From NCBI GenBank assembly GCA_964016885.1, contig OZ024742.1, forward strand, positions 360,530,001 through 360,594,000: DNA of 64,000 nucleotides. Direction: 5' to 3'. Source of the DNA: Eledone cirrhosa (taxonomy: Eukaryota). Positions 39,441 to 52,300 of the stretch are shown one piece after another; position 1 is the first letter of the stretch, and every line of letters starts with the position of its first letter. The translations under genes were made by a program, and so were the position numbers. The notes under the pieces were generated by a model, which worked only from the letters and a program-made list of their open reading frames with translations, searched no databases and was not told the origin of the DNA.

Positions 39441-42400
39441 GACAATTCTAGAGAGAGGGGGAAGTAGAGATTGTTCTAGAGAGAGGGGAAAGAAGAGATA
39501 GTTCTAGAGAGAGGGGGAAAAGAGATAGTTCTAGAGAGAGGCGGAAGAAGAGATAGTTCTAGAGAGAGGGGGAAAAGAGTTAGTTCTAGAGAGAGGGGGA
39601 AGAAGAGATAGTTCTAGAGAGAGAAGGAAGAAGAGATAGTTCTAGAGAGAGGGGGAAGAAGAGATAGTTCTAGAGAGAGGGGGGAGAAGAGATAGTTCTA
39701 GAGAGAGGGGGAGAAGAAGAGATAGTTCTAGAGAGGGGGGAATTAGATGTAGTTCTATAGAGGGGGGTAAGAAGAGATAGTTCTAGAGAGAGGGGGAAGT
39801 AGATATAGTTCTAGAGAGAGGGGGAAGAAGAGATAATTCTAGAGAGAGGGGGAAGAAGAGATAGTTCTAGAAAGAGGGGGAAGAAAAGATAGTTGTAGAG
39901 AGAGAGGGGAAGAAGAGATAGTTCTAGAGAGAGGGGGATGAAGAGATAGTTCTAGTGAGAGGGAGGGAAGAAGAGATTGTTCTAGAGAGGGGGGGAAGAA
40001 GATATAGATCGAGAGATGGGGAAGAAACTATAATTCTACAGAGAGGGGGAAGAAGAGATAGGTCTAGAGAGGGGGGGGGAGAAGAGATAGTTCTAGAGAG
40101 AGGGGGAAGAAGAGACAATTCTAGAGAGAGGGGGAAGAAGAGATAGTTCTAGAGACAGGGGGAAGAAGCGATATTTCTAGCGAGAGGGGGGAGAAGAGAT
40201 AGTTCTATAAAGAGGGGAGTGAGAGATAATTCTAGAGAGAGGGGGAAGAAGAGATAGTTCTAGAGCGAGGGGGGAAGAAGAGATAGTTCTAGAGAGAGGG
40301 GAAAGAAGAGATACTTCTAGAGAGAGGGGAAAGAAGAGATAGTTCTAGAGAGAGGGGGAAAAGAAATAGTTCTAGAGAGAGGGCGAAAGAAGAGATAGTT
40401 CTAGAGAGAGGGGGAAGAAGAGATAGTTCTAGAGAGAGGGGGAAGAAGAGATAGTTCTAGAGAGTGGGGGGAAGAAGAGATAATTCTAGAGAGAGGGGGA
40501 AGAAGAGATAGTTCTAGAGAGAGGGGAAGAAGAGATAGTTCTAGAGAGAGGGGTAAAAGAGATAGTTCTAGAGAGAGGGGGGAAGTAGATATAGTTCTAG
40601 AGAGAGTGGGAAGAAGAGATAATTCTAGAGAGAGGGGGGAAGAAGATATAGTTCCAGATAGAGAGGGGGAAAAGAAATAGTTCTAGAGAGAGGGGGGAAG
40701 AAGAGATAGTTCTAGAGAGAGGGGAAAGAAGAGATAGTTCTAGAGAGAGGGGTGAAGAAGAGATAGTTCTAGAGAGAGGGGGAAAAAGAGATAGTTCTAG
40801 AGAGAGGGGGGAAGAAGAGATAGTTCTAGAGAGGGGGGAATAAGAGATAGTTCTAGAGAGAGGGGAAAAGAGATAGTTCTAGAGAGAGGGGGAAGAAGTG
40901 ATAGTTCTAGAGAGAGGTAGAATAAGAGATAGTTCTAGAGAGAGGGGGAAGAAGACATAGTTCTAGAGAGAGGGGGAAGAAGAGATAGTTCTAGAGGGAG
41001 GGGTAAAAGAGATAGTTCTAGAGAGAGGGGGGAAGTAGATATAGTTCTAGAGAGAGGGGGAGGAAGAGATAATTCTAGAGAGAGGGGGGAAGAAGAGATA
41101 GTTCTAGAGAGAAGGGGAAGAAGAGATAATTCTAGAGAGAGGGGGAAAAAGAGATAGTTCTAGAAAGAGGGGGAAGAAGAAATAGTTCTAAAGAGAGGGG
41201 GGAAGAAGTGATAATTCTAGAGAGAGTGGGGAAGAAGAGATAGTTCTAGAGAGAGGGGTAAAAGAGATAGTTCTAGAGAGAGGGGGGAAGTAGATATAGT
41301 TCTAGAGAGAGGGGGAAAAGAAATAGTTCTAGAGAGAGGGGGGAAGAAGAGATAGTTCTAGAGAGAGGGGAGAAGAAGAGATAGTTCTAGATGGAACGGA
41401 AAGGAGACATAGATCTAGAGGGAGGGGGAGGGAGTAGAGATAGTTCTAGAGAGAGGGGGAAGCAGAGATAGTTCTAGAGAGAGGGGGAAAAGAGATAGTT
41501 CTAGAGAGAGGGGGAAGAAATGATAGTTCTAGAGAGAGGGGGAAGAAGAGATAGTTCTAGAGAGAGAGGGAAGAAGAGATAGTTCTAGAGAGAGGGGTAA
41601 AATTGATAGTTCTAGAGAGAGGGGGGAAGTAGATATAGTTTTAGAAAGGGGGGAAGAAGAGATAGTTCTAGAGAGAGGGGGAAGAAGAGATAGTTCTAGA
41701 GAGAGGGAGAAGAAGAGAAAGTTCTAGAGAGAGGGGGAAAAGAAATAGTTGCAAAGAGAGGGGGGAAGAAGAGATATTTGTAGAGAGAGGAGGAAGAGGA
41801 GATAGTTCTAGAGAGAGGGGTGAAGAAGAGATAGTTCTAGAGAGAAGAAGAGATAGTTCTAGAGAGAGTGGGAAGAAGAGATAGTTCTAGAGAGAGGGGG
41901 GAAGAAGGGATAGTTCTATTGAGTGAGGGAAGAAGAGAGTTTTCGTGAGGAAGAGGGAAGAGATAGTTCTAGAGAGAGGGGGAAGAAGAGATAGTACTAG
42001 AGAGATGGGGGTGCGGAAGAAGAGATAGTTCTAGAGAGAGGGGGGAGAAGAGATAGTTCTAGAGATGGGGGGAAGAAGAGATAGTTCTAGAGAGAGGGGG
42101 GAAGAAGAGATAGTTCTATTGAGTGAGGGGAGAAGAGAGTGTTCTAGAGAAAGAGGGAAGAGATAATTCTAGAGAGAGGGGGGAAGAAGATATAGTTCCA
42201 GATAGAGAGGGGAAAAGAAATAGTTCGAGAGAGAGGGGGAAGAAGAGATAGTTCTAGAGAGAGGGGGAAAAGAGATAGTTCTAGAGAGAGGGGGAAGAAG
42301 TGATAGTTCTAGAGAGAGGGGGAAGAAGAGATAGTTCTAGAGAGAGGGGGAAGAAGAGATAGTTCTAGAGGGAGGGGGGAAGAAGAGATAATTCTAGAGA

Positions 42401-43124
42401 GAGGGGGAAGAAGAGATAGTTCTAGAGAGAGGGGGAAGAAGAGATAGTTCTAGAGAGAGGGGGGATGTAGATATAGTTCCAGAGAGAGAGGGTAAAAGAG
42501 ATAAATCTAGAGAGACGGGGAAGAAGAGATAGTTCTAGAGAGAGGGGGAGAAGAAGAGATAGTTCTAGAGAGGGGGGAATAAGAGATAGTTCTATAGAGG
42601 AGGGTAAGAAGAGATAGTTCTAGAGAGAGGGGTAAAAGAGATAGTTCTAGAGAGAGGGGGGAAGTAGATATAGTTCTAGGGATAGGGGGAAGAAGAGATA
42701 GTTCTAGAGAGAAGGGGAAGAAGAGATGATTCTTGAGAGAGGGGGAAGAAGAGATAGTTCTAGAAAGAGGGGGAAGAAGAGATAGTTCTATAGAGAAAGG
42801 TAGGGAGAAGAGATAGTTATATATAGAGGGGGGAGAAGAGATAGTTCTAGAGAGAGTGGGGAAGAAAAGATAGTTGTAGAGAGTGGGGGAAGAAGAGATA
42901 GTTCTAGAGAGAGGGGGATTAAGAGATAGTTCTAGTGAGAGGGAGGGAAGAAGAGATTGTTCTAGAGAGGGGGGGAAGAAGATATAGATCGAGAGATGTA
43001 GAAGAAACTATAGTTCTACAGAGAGCGGGAAGAGATAGGTCTAGAGAGGGGGGGAGAAGAGATAGTTCTAGAGAGAGGGGTAAGAAGAGACAGTTCTAGA
43101 GAGAGGGGGAAGAAGAGATAATTC

Positions 43125-45310
43125 TAGAGACAGGGGGAAGAAGCGATATTTCTAGCGAGAGGGGGGAGAAGAGATAGTTCTATAAAGAGGGGAGTGAGAG
43201 ATAATTCTAGAGAGAGGGGGAAGAAGAGATAGTTCTAGAGCGAGGGGGGAAGAAGAGATAGTTCTAGAGAGAGGGGGAAGAAGAGATACTTCTAGAGAGA
43301 GGGGAAAGAAGTGATAGTTCTAGAGAGAGGGGAGAAGAAGAGATAGTTCTAGAGAGGGGCGGAATGAGTGATAGTTCTAGAGAGAGAGGGGAAGTAGATA
43401 TAATTCCAGAGAGAGAGGGGGAAAAGAAATAGTTCTAGAGAGAGGGGGGAAGAAGAGATAGTTCTAGAGAGAGGGGGGGATGTAGATATAGTTCCAGAGA
43501 GAGAGGGTAAAAGAGATAATTCTAGAGAGAGGGGGAAGAAGAGATAGTTCTAGAGACAGGGGAAAGAAGAGATAGTTCTAGAGAGAGGGGGATAAGAGAT
43601 AGTTCTAGAGAGAGGGGGAAGAAGAGATAGTTCTAGAGAGAGGGGGTAAAGAGTTAGTTCTAGAGAGAGGGGGATGAAGAGATAGTTCTAGAGAGAGGGG
43701 GAAGAAGAGATAGTTCTGGAAAGAGGGGGAACAAGAGATAGTTCTAGAGAGAGGGGGAAGAGGAGATAGTTCTAGAGAGAGGGTGAGAAGAGATCGTTCT
43801 AGAGAGGGGGGAGTAAGAGATAGTTCTATAGAGGGGGGTAAGAAGAGATAGTTCTAGAGAGAGGGGTAAAAGAGATAGTTCTAGAGAGAGGGGGGAAGTA
43901 GATATAGTCCTAGAGAGAGGGGGTAGAAGAGATAGTTCTAGAGAGAAGGGGAAGAAGAGATAATTCTAGAGAGAGGGGGAAGAAGAGATAGTTCTAGAGA
44001 GAGGGGGGAGAAGAGATAGTTCTAGAGAGAGGGTGAAAAGAGATAGTTCTAGAAAGAGGGGGAAGAAGGGATAGTTCTAGAGAGAGGGGGAGAAGAGGAG
44101 ATAGTTCTAGAGAGGTGTAATAAGAGATAGTTCTATAGAGGTGGTAAGAAGAGATAGTTCTAGAGAGAGGGTAAAAGAGATAATTCTAGAGAGAGGGGGA
44201 AGAAGAGATAGTTCTAGAGACAGGGGGAAGAAGCGATATTTCTAGCGAGAGGGGGGAGAAGAGATAGTTCTATAAAGAGGGGAGTGAGAGATAATTCTAG
44301 AGAGAGGGGGAAGAAGAGATAGTTCTAGAGCGAGGGGGGAAGAAGAGATAGTTCTAGAGAGAGGGGGAAGAAGAGATACTTCTAGAGAGAGGGGAAAGAA
44401 GAGATAGTTCTAGAGAGAGGGGAGAAGAAGAGATAGTTCTAGAGAGGGGGGAATGAGTGATAGTTCTAGAGAGAGAGGGGAAGTAGATATAATTCCAGAG
44501 AGAGAGGGGGAAAAGAAATAGTTCTAGAGAGAGGGGGGAAGAAGAGATAGTTCTAGAGAGAGGGGGGGATGTAGATATAGTTCCAGAGAGAGAGGGTAAA
44601 AGAGATAATTCTAGAGAGAGGGGGAAGAAGAGATAGTTCTAGAGACAGGGGAAAGAAGAGATAGTTCTAGAGAGAGGGGGATAAGAGATAGTTCTAGAGA
44701 GAGGGGGAAGAAGAGATAGTTCTAGAGAGAGGGGGTAAAGAGTTAGTTCTAGAGAGAGGGGGATGAAGAGATAGTTCTAAAGAGAGGGGGAAGAAGAGAT
44801 AGTTCTGGAAAGAGGGGGAACAAGAGATAGTTCTAGAGAGAGGGGGAAGAGGAGATAGTTCTAGAGAGAGGGTGAGAAGAGATCGTTCTAGAGAGGGGGG
44901 AGTAAGAGATAGTTCTATAGAGGGGGGTAAGAAGAGATAGTTCTAGAGAGAGGGGTAAAAGAGATAGTTCTAGAGAGAGGGGGGAAGTAGATATAGTCCT
45001 AGAGAGAGGGGGTAGAAGAGATAGTTCTAGAGAGAAGGGGAAGAAGAGATAATTCTAGAGAGAGGGGGAAGAAGAGATAGTTCTAGAGAGAGGGGGGAGA
45101 AGAGATAGTTCTAGAGAGAGGGTGAAAAGAGATAGTTCTAGAAAGAGGGGGAAGAAGAGATAGTTCTAGAGAGAGGGGGAGAAGAAGAGATAGTTCTAGA
45201 GAGGTGTAATAAGAGATAGTTCTATAGAGGTGGTAAGAAGAGATAGTTCTAGAGAGAGGGTAAAAGAGATAATTCTAGAGAGAGGGGGAAGAAGAGATAG
45301 TTCTAGAGAC
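43125..45310 (+). repeat. Tandem duplication, 2 copies of ~1,089 bp
   Basis: AAGCGATATT at 43141/44231, GATCGTTCTA at 43792/44881, GGTGTAATAAG at 44114/45203. Confidence 0.9.
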
Positions 45311-46304
45311 AGGGGAAAGAAGAGATAGTTCTAGAGAGAGGGGGATAAGAGATAGTTCTAGAGAGAGGGGGAAGAAGAGATAGTTCTAGAGAGAGGGGGT
45401 AAAGAGTTAGTTCTAGAGAGAGGGGGATGAAGAGATAGTTCTAGAGAGAGGGGGAACAAGAGATAGTTCTAGAGAGAGGGTGAGAAGAGATAGTTCTAGA
45501 GAGGGGGGAATAAGAGATAGTTCTATAGAGGGGGGTAAGAAGAGATAGTTCTAGAGAGAGGGGTAAAAGAGATAGTTCTAGAGAGAGGGGGGAAGTAGAT
45601 ATAGTCCTAGAGAGAGGGGGTAGAAGAGATAGTTCTAGAGAGAAGGGGAAGAAGAGATAATTCTAGAGAGAGGGGGAAGAAGAGATAGTTCTAGAGAGAG
45701 GGGGGAGAAGAGATAGTTCTAGAGAGAGGGGGGAAGAAGAGATAGTTCTAGAGAGAAAGGTAGGGAGAAGAGATAGTTATATATATCGGGGGGAGAAGAG
45801 ATAGTTCTAGAGAGAGTGGGGAAGAAGAGATAGTTGTAGAGAGAGGGGCGAAGAAGAGATAGTACTAGAGAGAGGGGGAAGAAGAGACAGTTCTAGAGAG
45901 AGGGGGAAGAAGAGATAGTTCTAGAGAGAGGGTGAAAAGAGATAGTTCTAGAAAGAGGGGGAAGAAGAGATAGTTCTAGAGAGAGGGGGAGAAGAAGAGA
46001 TAGTTCTAGAGAGGGGGGAATAAGAGATAGTTCTATAGAGGGGGGTAAGAAGAGATAGTTCGAGAGAGAGGGGTAAAAGAGATAGTTCTAGAGAGAGGGG
46101 GGAAGTAGATATAATCCTAGAGAGAGGGGGTAGAAGAGATAGTTCTAGAGAGAAGGGGAAGAAGAGATAATTCTAGAGAGAGGGGGAAGAAGAGATAGTT
46201 CTAGAGAGAGGGGGAAGAAGAGATAGTTCTAGAGAGAGGGGGGAAGAAGAGATAGTTCTAGAGAGAAAGGTAGGGAGAAGAGATAGTTATATATATCGCG
46301 GGGA

Positions 46305-49300
46305 GAAGAGATAGTTCTAGAGAGAGTGGGGAAGAAGAGATAGTTGTAGAGAGAGGGGGGAAGAAGAGGTAGTTCTAGAGAGAGGGGGAAGAAGAGACAG
46401 TTCTAGAGAGAGGGGGAAGAAGAGATAGTTCTAGAGAGAAGGGGAAGAAGAGATAGATCTAGGGAGAGGGGGATGAAGAGATAGTTCTAGTGAGAGGGAG
46501 TGAAGAAAAGATTGTTCTAGATAGGGGGGGGAAGAAGAGATAGATCGAGAGAGGGGGAAGAAACTATAGTTCTACAGAGAGGGGGAAGAAGAGATAGGTC
46601 TAGAGAGGGGGAAGAAGAGATAGTTCTAGAGAGAGGGGGACGAAGAGATAGTTCTAGAGACAGGGGGAAGAAGCGATATTTCTAGCGAGAGGGGGGAGAA
46701 GAGATAGTTCTATAGAGAGGGAGTGAGAGATAATTCTAGAGAGAGGGGGAACAACAGATAGTTCTAGAGAGAGGGGGAAGAAGAGATAGTTCTAGAGCGA
46801 GGGGGAAAGAAGAGATAGTTCTAGAGAGAGGGGGACGAAGAGATAGTTCTAGAGCGAGGGGGGAAGAAGTGATAGTTCGAGAGAGAAAGAGGGAAGAAGA
46901 GATAGTTCTAGAGAGAGTGGGGAAGAAGAGATAGTTCTATAGAGAGGGGGAAGAAGAGATAGTTCTAGAGAGAGGAGAAAGAAGAGATAGTTCTAGAGAA
47001 AGAAGGAAGAAGAGATAGTTCTATAGAGAGGGGGGAAGAAGAGATAGTTCTAGAGAGAAAGGGGGGGAGAAGAGATAGTTATATAGAGAGGGGGAAGGAG
47101 AGATAGTTCTAGAGAGAGTGGGGAAGAAGAGATAGTTGTAGAGAGAGGGGGGAAGAAGAGATAGTTCTAGAGAGAGGGGGAAGAAGAGATAGTTCTAGAG
47201 AGAGGGAGGGAAGAAGAGATTGTTCTAGAGAGGGGGGAAGAAGAGATAGATCGAGAGAGGGGGAAGAAACTATAGTTCTACAGAGAGAGGGAAGAAGAGA
47301 TAGGTCTAGAGAGGGGGGAAGAAGAGATAGTTCTGGAGAGAGGGGGAAGAAGAGATAGTTCTAGAGAAAGGTTGAAGAAGCGATATTTCTAGCGAGAGGG
47401 GGGAGAAGAGATAGTTCTATAGAGAGGGGAGTGAGAGGTAATTCTAGAGAGAGGGGGAAGAACAGATAGTTCTATAGAGATGGGGAAGAAGAGATAGTTC
47501 TAGAGAGAGGGGAAAGAAGAGATAGTTGTAGAGAAAGAGGGAAGAAGCGATAGTTCTAGAGAGAGGGGTAAAAGAGATAGTTCTAGAGAGAGGGGGAAAG
47601 TAGATATAGTTCTAGAGAGAGTGGGAAGTAGAGATAATTCTAGAGAGAGGGTGTAAGTAGATATAGTTCCGGATAGAGAGGGGGAAAAGAAATAGTTCTA
47701 GAGAGAGGGGGGAAGAAGAGCTAGTTCTAGAGAGAGGGGGAAGAAGAGATAGTTCTAGAGAGAGGGGGATGTAGATATAGCTCCAGAGAGAGAGGGTAAA
47801 AGAGATAGTTCTAGAGAGAGGGGGAAGAAGAGATAGTTCTAGAGAGATGGGGAAAAGAGATAGTTCTAGAGAGAGGGGGAAGAAGAGATAGTTCTAGAGA
47901 GAGGGGGAGAAGAAGAGATAGTTCTAGAGAGGGGGAATAAGAGATAGTTCTATAGAGGTGGTAATAAGAGATAGTTCTAGAGAGAGGGGTAAAAGTGATA
48001 GTTCTAGAGAGAGGGGGAAGTAGATATTGTTCTAGAAAGGGGGGAAGAAGAGATAGTTCTTGAGAGAGGGGGAACAAGAGATAGTTCTAGAGAGAGAGGG
48101 AAGTAGATATAGTTCCAGAGAGAGAGGGGGAAAAGAAATAGTTCTAGAGAGAGGGGGGAAGAAGAGATAGTTCTAGAGAGAGGGGGAAGAAGAGATAGTT
48201 CTAGAGAGAGGGGTGAAGAAGAGATAGTTCTAGAGAGAGGGGGGAAGAAGTGATAGTTCTAGAGAGGGGGGTAGAAGAGATAGTTCTAGAGAGAGGGGGA
48301 AGAAGAGATAGTTCTAGAGAGAGTGGGGAAGAAGAGATAGTTCTATTGAGTGAGGGAAGAAGGGAGTGTTCTAGAGAAAGAGGGAAGAGATAGTTCTAGA
48401 GAGAGGGGAATAAGAGATAGTTCTATAGAGGGGGGTAAGAAGAGATAGTTCTAGCGAGAGGGGTAAAAGAGATAGTTGTAGAGAGAGGGGGGAAGTAGAT
48501 AAAGTTCTAGAGAGAGGGGGAAGAAGAGATAGTTCTAGAGAGAGGGGGAAGAAGAGATAATTCTAGAGAGAGGGGGAAGAAAAGATAGTTCTAGAGAGAG
48601 GGGGAAGAAGAGATAGTTCTAGAGAGAGGGGGGAAGAAGAGATAGTTCTAGAGAGAGGGGGGAAGAAGTGATAGTTCTAGAGAAGGGGGTAGAAGAGATA
48701 GTTCTAGAGAGAGGGGGAAGAAGAGATAGTTCTAGAGAGAGTGCGGAAGAAGAGATAGTTCTATTGAGTGAGGGAAGAAGAGAGTGTTCTAGAGAAAAAG
48801 GGAAGAGATAGTTCTAGAGAGATGGGGAAGAAGAGATAGTTCTAGAGAGCGGGGGAAGAAGAGATAATTCTATAGAGAGGGGGAAGAAGAGATAGTTCTC
48901 GAGAGAGGGGGAAAAGAGTTAGTTCTAGAGAGAGGGGGAAGAAGAGATAGTTCTCGAGAGAGGGGGAAGAAGAGATAGTTCTAGAGAGAGGGGGAAGAAA
49001 AGATAGTTCTAGAGAGAGGGGGAAGAAGAGATAGTTCTAGAGAGAGGGGGGAGAATAGATAGTTCTAGAGAGAGGGGGAGAAGAAGAGATGGTTCTAGAG
49101 AGAGGGGGAGAAGAAGAGATAGTTCTAGAGAGAGGGGAATAAGAGATAGTTCTATAGAGGGGGGTAAGAAGAGATAGTTCTAGCGAGAGGGGTAAAAGAG
49201 ATAGTTCTAGAGAGAGAGGGGAAGTAGATAAAGTTCTGGAGAGAGTGTGAAGAAGAGATAGTTCTAGAGAGAGGGGGAAGAAGAGATAATTCTAGAGAGA

Positions 49301-52300
49301 GGGGGAAGAAGAGATAGTTCTAGAGAGAGGGGGAAGAAGAGATAGTTCTAGAGAGAGGGGGGGAAGAAGAGATAGTTCTAGAGAGAAAGGTAGGGAGAAG
49401 AGATAGTTATATATAAAGGGGGGAGAAGAGATAGTTCTAGAGAGAGGGGGAAAGAAGAGATAGTTCTAGAGAAAGGGGGATGAAGAGATAGTTCTAGTGA
49501 GAGGGAGGGAAGGGAGAGTTTGTTCTAGAGAGGGGGGAAGAAGAGTAGATCGAGAGAGGGGGAAGAAACTATAGTTCTACAGAGAGGGGGAAGATGAGAT
49601 AGGTCTAGAGAGGGGGGGAAGAAGAGACAGTTCTAGAGAGAGGGGGAAGAAGAGATAGTTCTAGAGACAGGGGGAGAAGAAGAGATAGTTCTAGAGAGGG
49701 GGAATAAGAGATAGTTCTATAGAGGTGGTAATAAGAGATAGTTCTAGAGAGAGGGGTAAAAGTGATAGTTCTAGAGAGAGGGGGAAGTAGATATTGTTCT
49801 AGAAAGGGGGGAAGAAGAGATAGTTCTTGAGAGAGGGGGAAGAAGAGATAGTTCTAGAGAGAGGGGGAAAAGAGATAGTTCTAGAGAGAGGGGTAAGAAG
49901 AGATAGTTCTAGAGAGAGGGGGAGAAGAAGAGATAGTTCTAGAGAGGGGGAATAAGAGATAGTTCTATAGAGGTGGTAATAAGAGATAGTTCTAGAGAGA
50001 GGGGTAAAAGTGATAGTTCTAGAGAGAGGGGGAAGTAGATATTGTTCTAGAAAGGGGGGAAGAAGTGATAGTTCTTGAGAGAGGGGGAACAAGAGATAGT
50101 TCTAGAGAGAGAGGGAAGTAGATATAGTTCCAGAGAGAGAGGGGGAAAAGAAATAGTTCTAGAGAGAGGGGGGAAAAAGAGATAGTTCTAGAGAGAGGGG
50201 TGAAGAAGAGATAGTTCTAGAGAGAGGGGGGAAGAAGTGATAGTTCTAGAGAGGGGGGTAGAAGAGATAGTTCTAGAGAGAGGGGGAAGAAGAGATAGTT
50301 CTAGAGAGAGTGGGGAAGAAGAGATAGTTCTGCAGAGCGGGGGAAGAAGAGATAGTTCTAGAGAGAGTGGGGAAGAAGAGATAGTTGTAGAGAGAGGGGG
50401 GAAGAAGAGGTAGTTCTAGAGAGAGGGGGAAGAAGAGACAGTTCTAGAGAGAGGGGGAAGAAGAGATAGTTCTAGAGACAGGGGGAAGAAGCGATATTTC
50501 TATCGAGAGGGGGGAGAAGAGATAGTTCTAGAGAGAAGGGGAAGAAGAGATAGATCTAGGGAGAGGGGGATGAAGAGATAGTTCTAGTGAGAGGGAGTGA
50601 AGAAAAGATTGTTCTAGATAGGGGGGGGAAGAAGAGATAGATCGAGAGAGGGGGAAGAAACTATAGTTCTACAGAGAGGGGGAAGAAGAGATAGGTCTAG
50701 AGAGGGGGAAGAAGAGATAGTTCTAGAGAGAGGGGGACGAAGAGATAGTTCTAGAGACAGGGGGAAGAAGCGATATTTCTAGCGAGAGGGGGGAGAAGAG
50801 ATAGTTCTATAGAGAGGGAGTGAGAGATAATTCTAGAGAGAGGGGGAACAACAGATAGTTCTAGAGAGAGGGGGAAGAAGAGATAGTTCTAGAGCGAGGG
50901 GGAAAGAAGAGATAGTTCTAGAGAGAGGGGGACGAAGAGATAGTTCTAGAGCGAGGGGGGAAGAAGTGATAGTTCGAGAGAGAAAGAGGGAAGAAGAGAT
51001 AGTTCTAGAGAGAGTGGGGAAGAAGAGATAGTTCTATAGAGAGGGGGAAGAAGAGATAGTTCTAGAGAGAGGAGAAAGAAGAGATAGTTCTAGAGAAAGA
51101 AGGAAGAAGAGATAGTTCTATAGAGAGGGGGGAAGAAGAGATAGTTCTAGAGAGAAAGGGGGGGAGAAGAGATAGTTATATAGAGAGGGGGAAGGAGAGA
51201 TAGTTCTAGAGAGAGTGGGGAAGAAGAGATAGTTGTAGAGAGAGGGGGGAAGAAGAGATAGTTCTAGAGAGAGGGGGAAGAAGAGATAGTTCTAGAGAGA
51301 GGGAGGGAAGAAGAGATTGTTCTAGAGAGGGGGGAAGAAGAGATAGATCGAGAGAGGGGGAAGAAACTATAGTTCTACAGAGAGAGGGAAGAAGAGATAG
51401 GTCTAGAGAGGGGGGAAGAAGAGATAGTTCTGGAGAGATGGGCGGAAGAAGAGACAGTTCTAGAGAGAGGGGGAAGAAGAGATAGTTCTAGAGAAAGGTT
51501 GAAGAAGCGATATTTCTAGCGAGAGGGGGGAGAAGAGATAGTTCTATAGAGAGGGGAGTGAGAGGTAATTCTAGAGAGAGGGGGAAGAACAGATAGTTCT
51601 ATAGAGATGGGGAAGAAGAGATAGTTCTAGAGAGAGGGGAAAGAAGAGATAGTTGTAGAGAAAGAGGGAAGAAGCGATAGTTCTAGAGAGAGGGGTAAAA
51701 GAGATAGTTCTAGAGAGAGGGGGAAAGTAGATATAGTTCTAGAGAGAGTGGGAAGTAGAGATAATTCTAGAGAGAGGGTGTAAGTAGATATAGTTCCGGA
51801 TAGAGAGGGGGAAAAGAAATAGTTCTAGAGAGAGCGGGGAAGAAGAGCTAGTTCTAGAGAGAGGGGGAAGAAGAGATAGTTCTAGAGAGAGGGGGATGTA
51901 GATATAGCTCCAGAGAGAGAGGGTAAAAGAGATAGTTCTAGAGAGAGGGGGAAGAAGAGATAGTTCTAGAGAGATGGGGAAAAGAGATAGTTCTAGAGAG
52001 AGGGGGAAGAAGAGATAGTTCTAGAGAGAGGGGGAGAAGAAGAGATAGTTCTAGAGAGGGGGAATAAGAGATAGTTCTATAGAGGTGGTAATAAGAGATA
52101 GTTCTAGAGAGAGGGGTAAAAGTGATAGTTCTAGAGAGAGGGGGAAGTAGATATTGTTCTAGAAAGGGGGGAAGAAGAGATAGTTCTTGAGAGAGGGGGA
52201 ACAAGAGATAGTTCTAGAGAGAGAGGGAAGTAGATATAGTTCCAGAGAGAGAGGGGGAAAAGAAATAGTTCTAGAGAGAGGGGGGAAGAAGAGATAGTTC

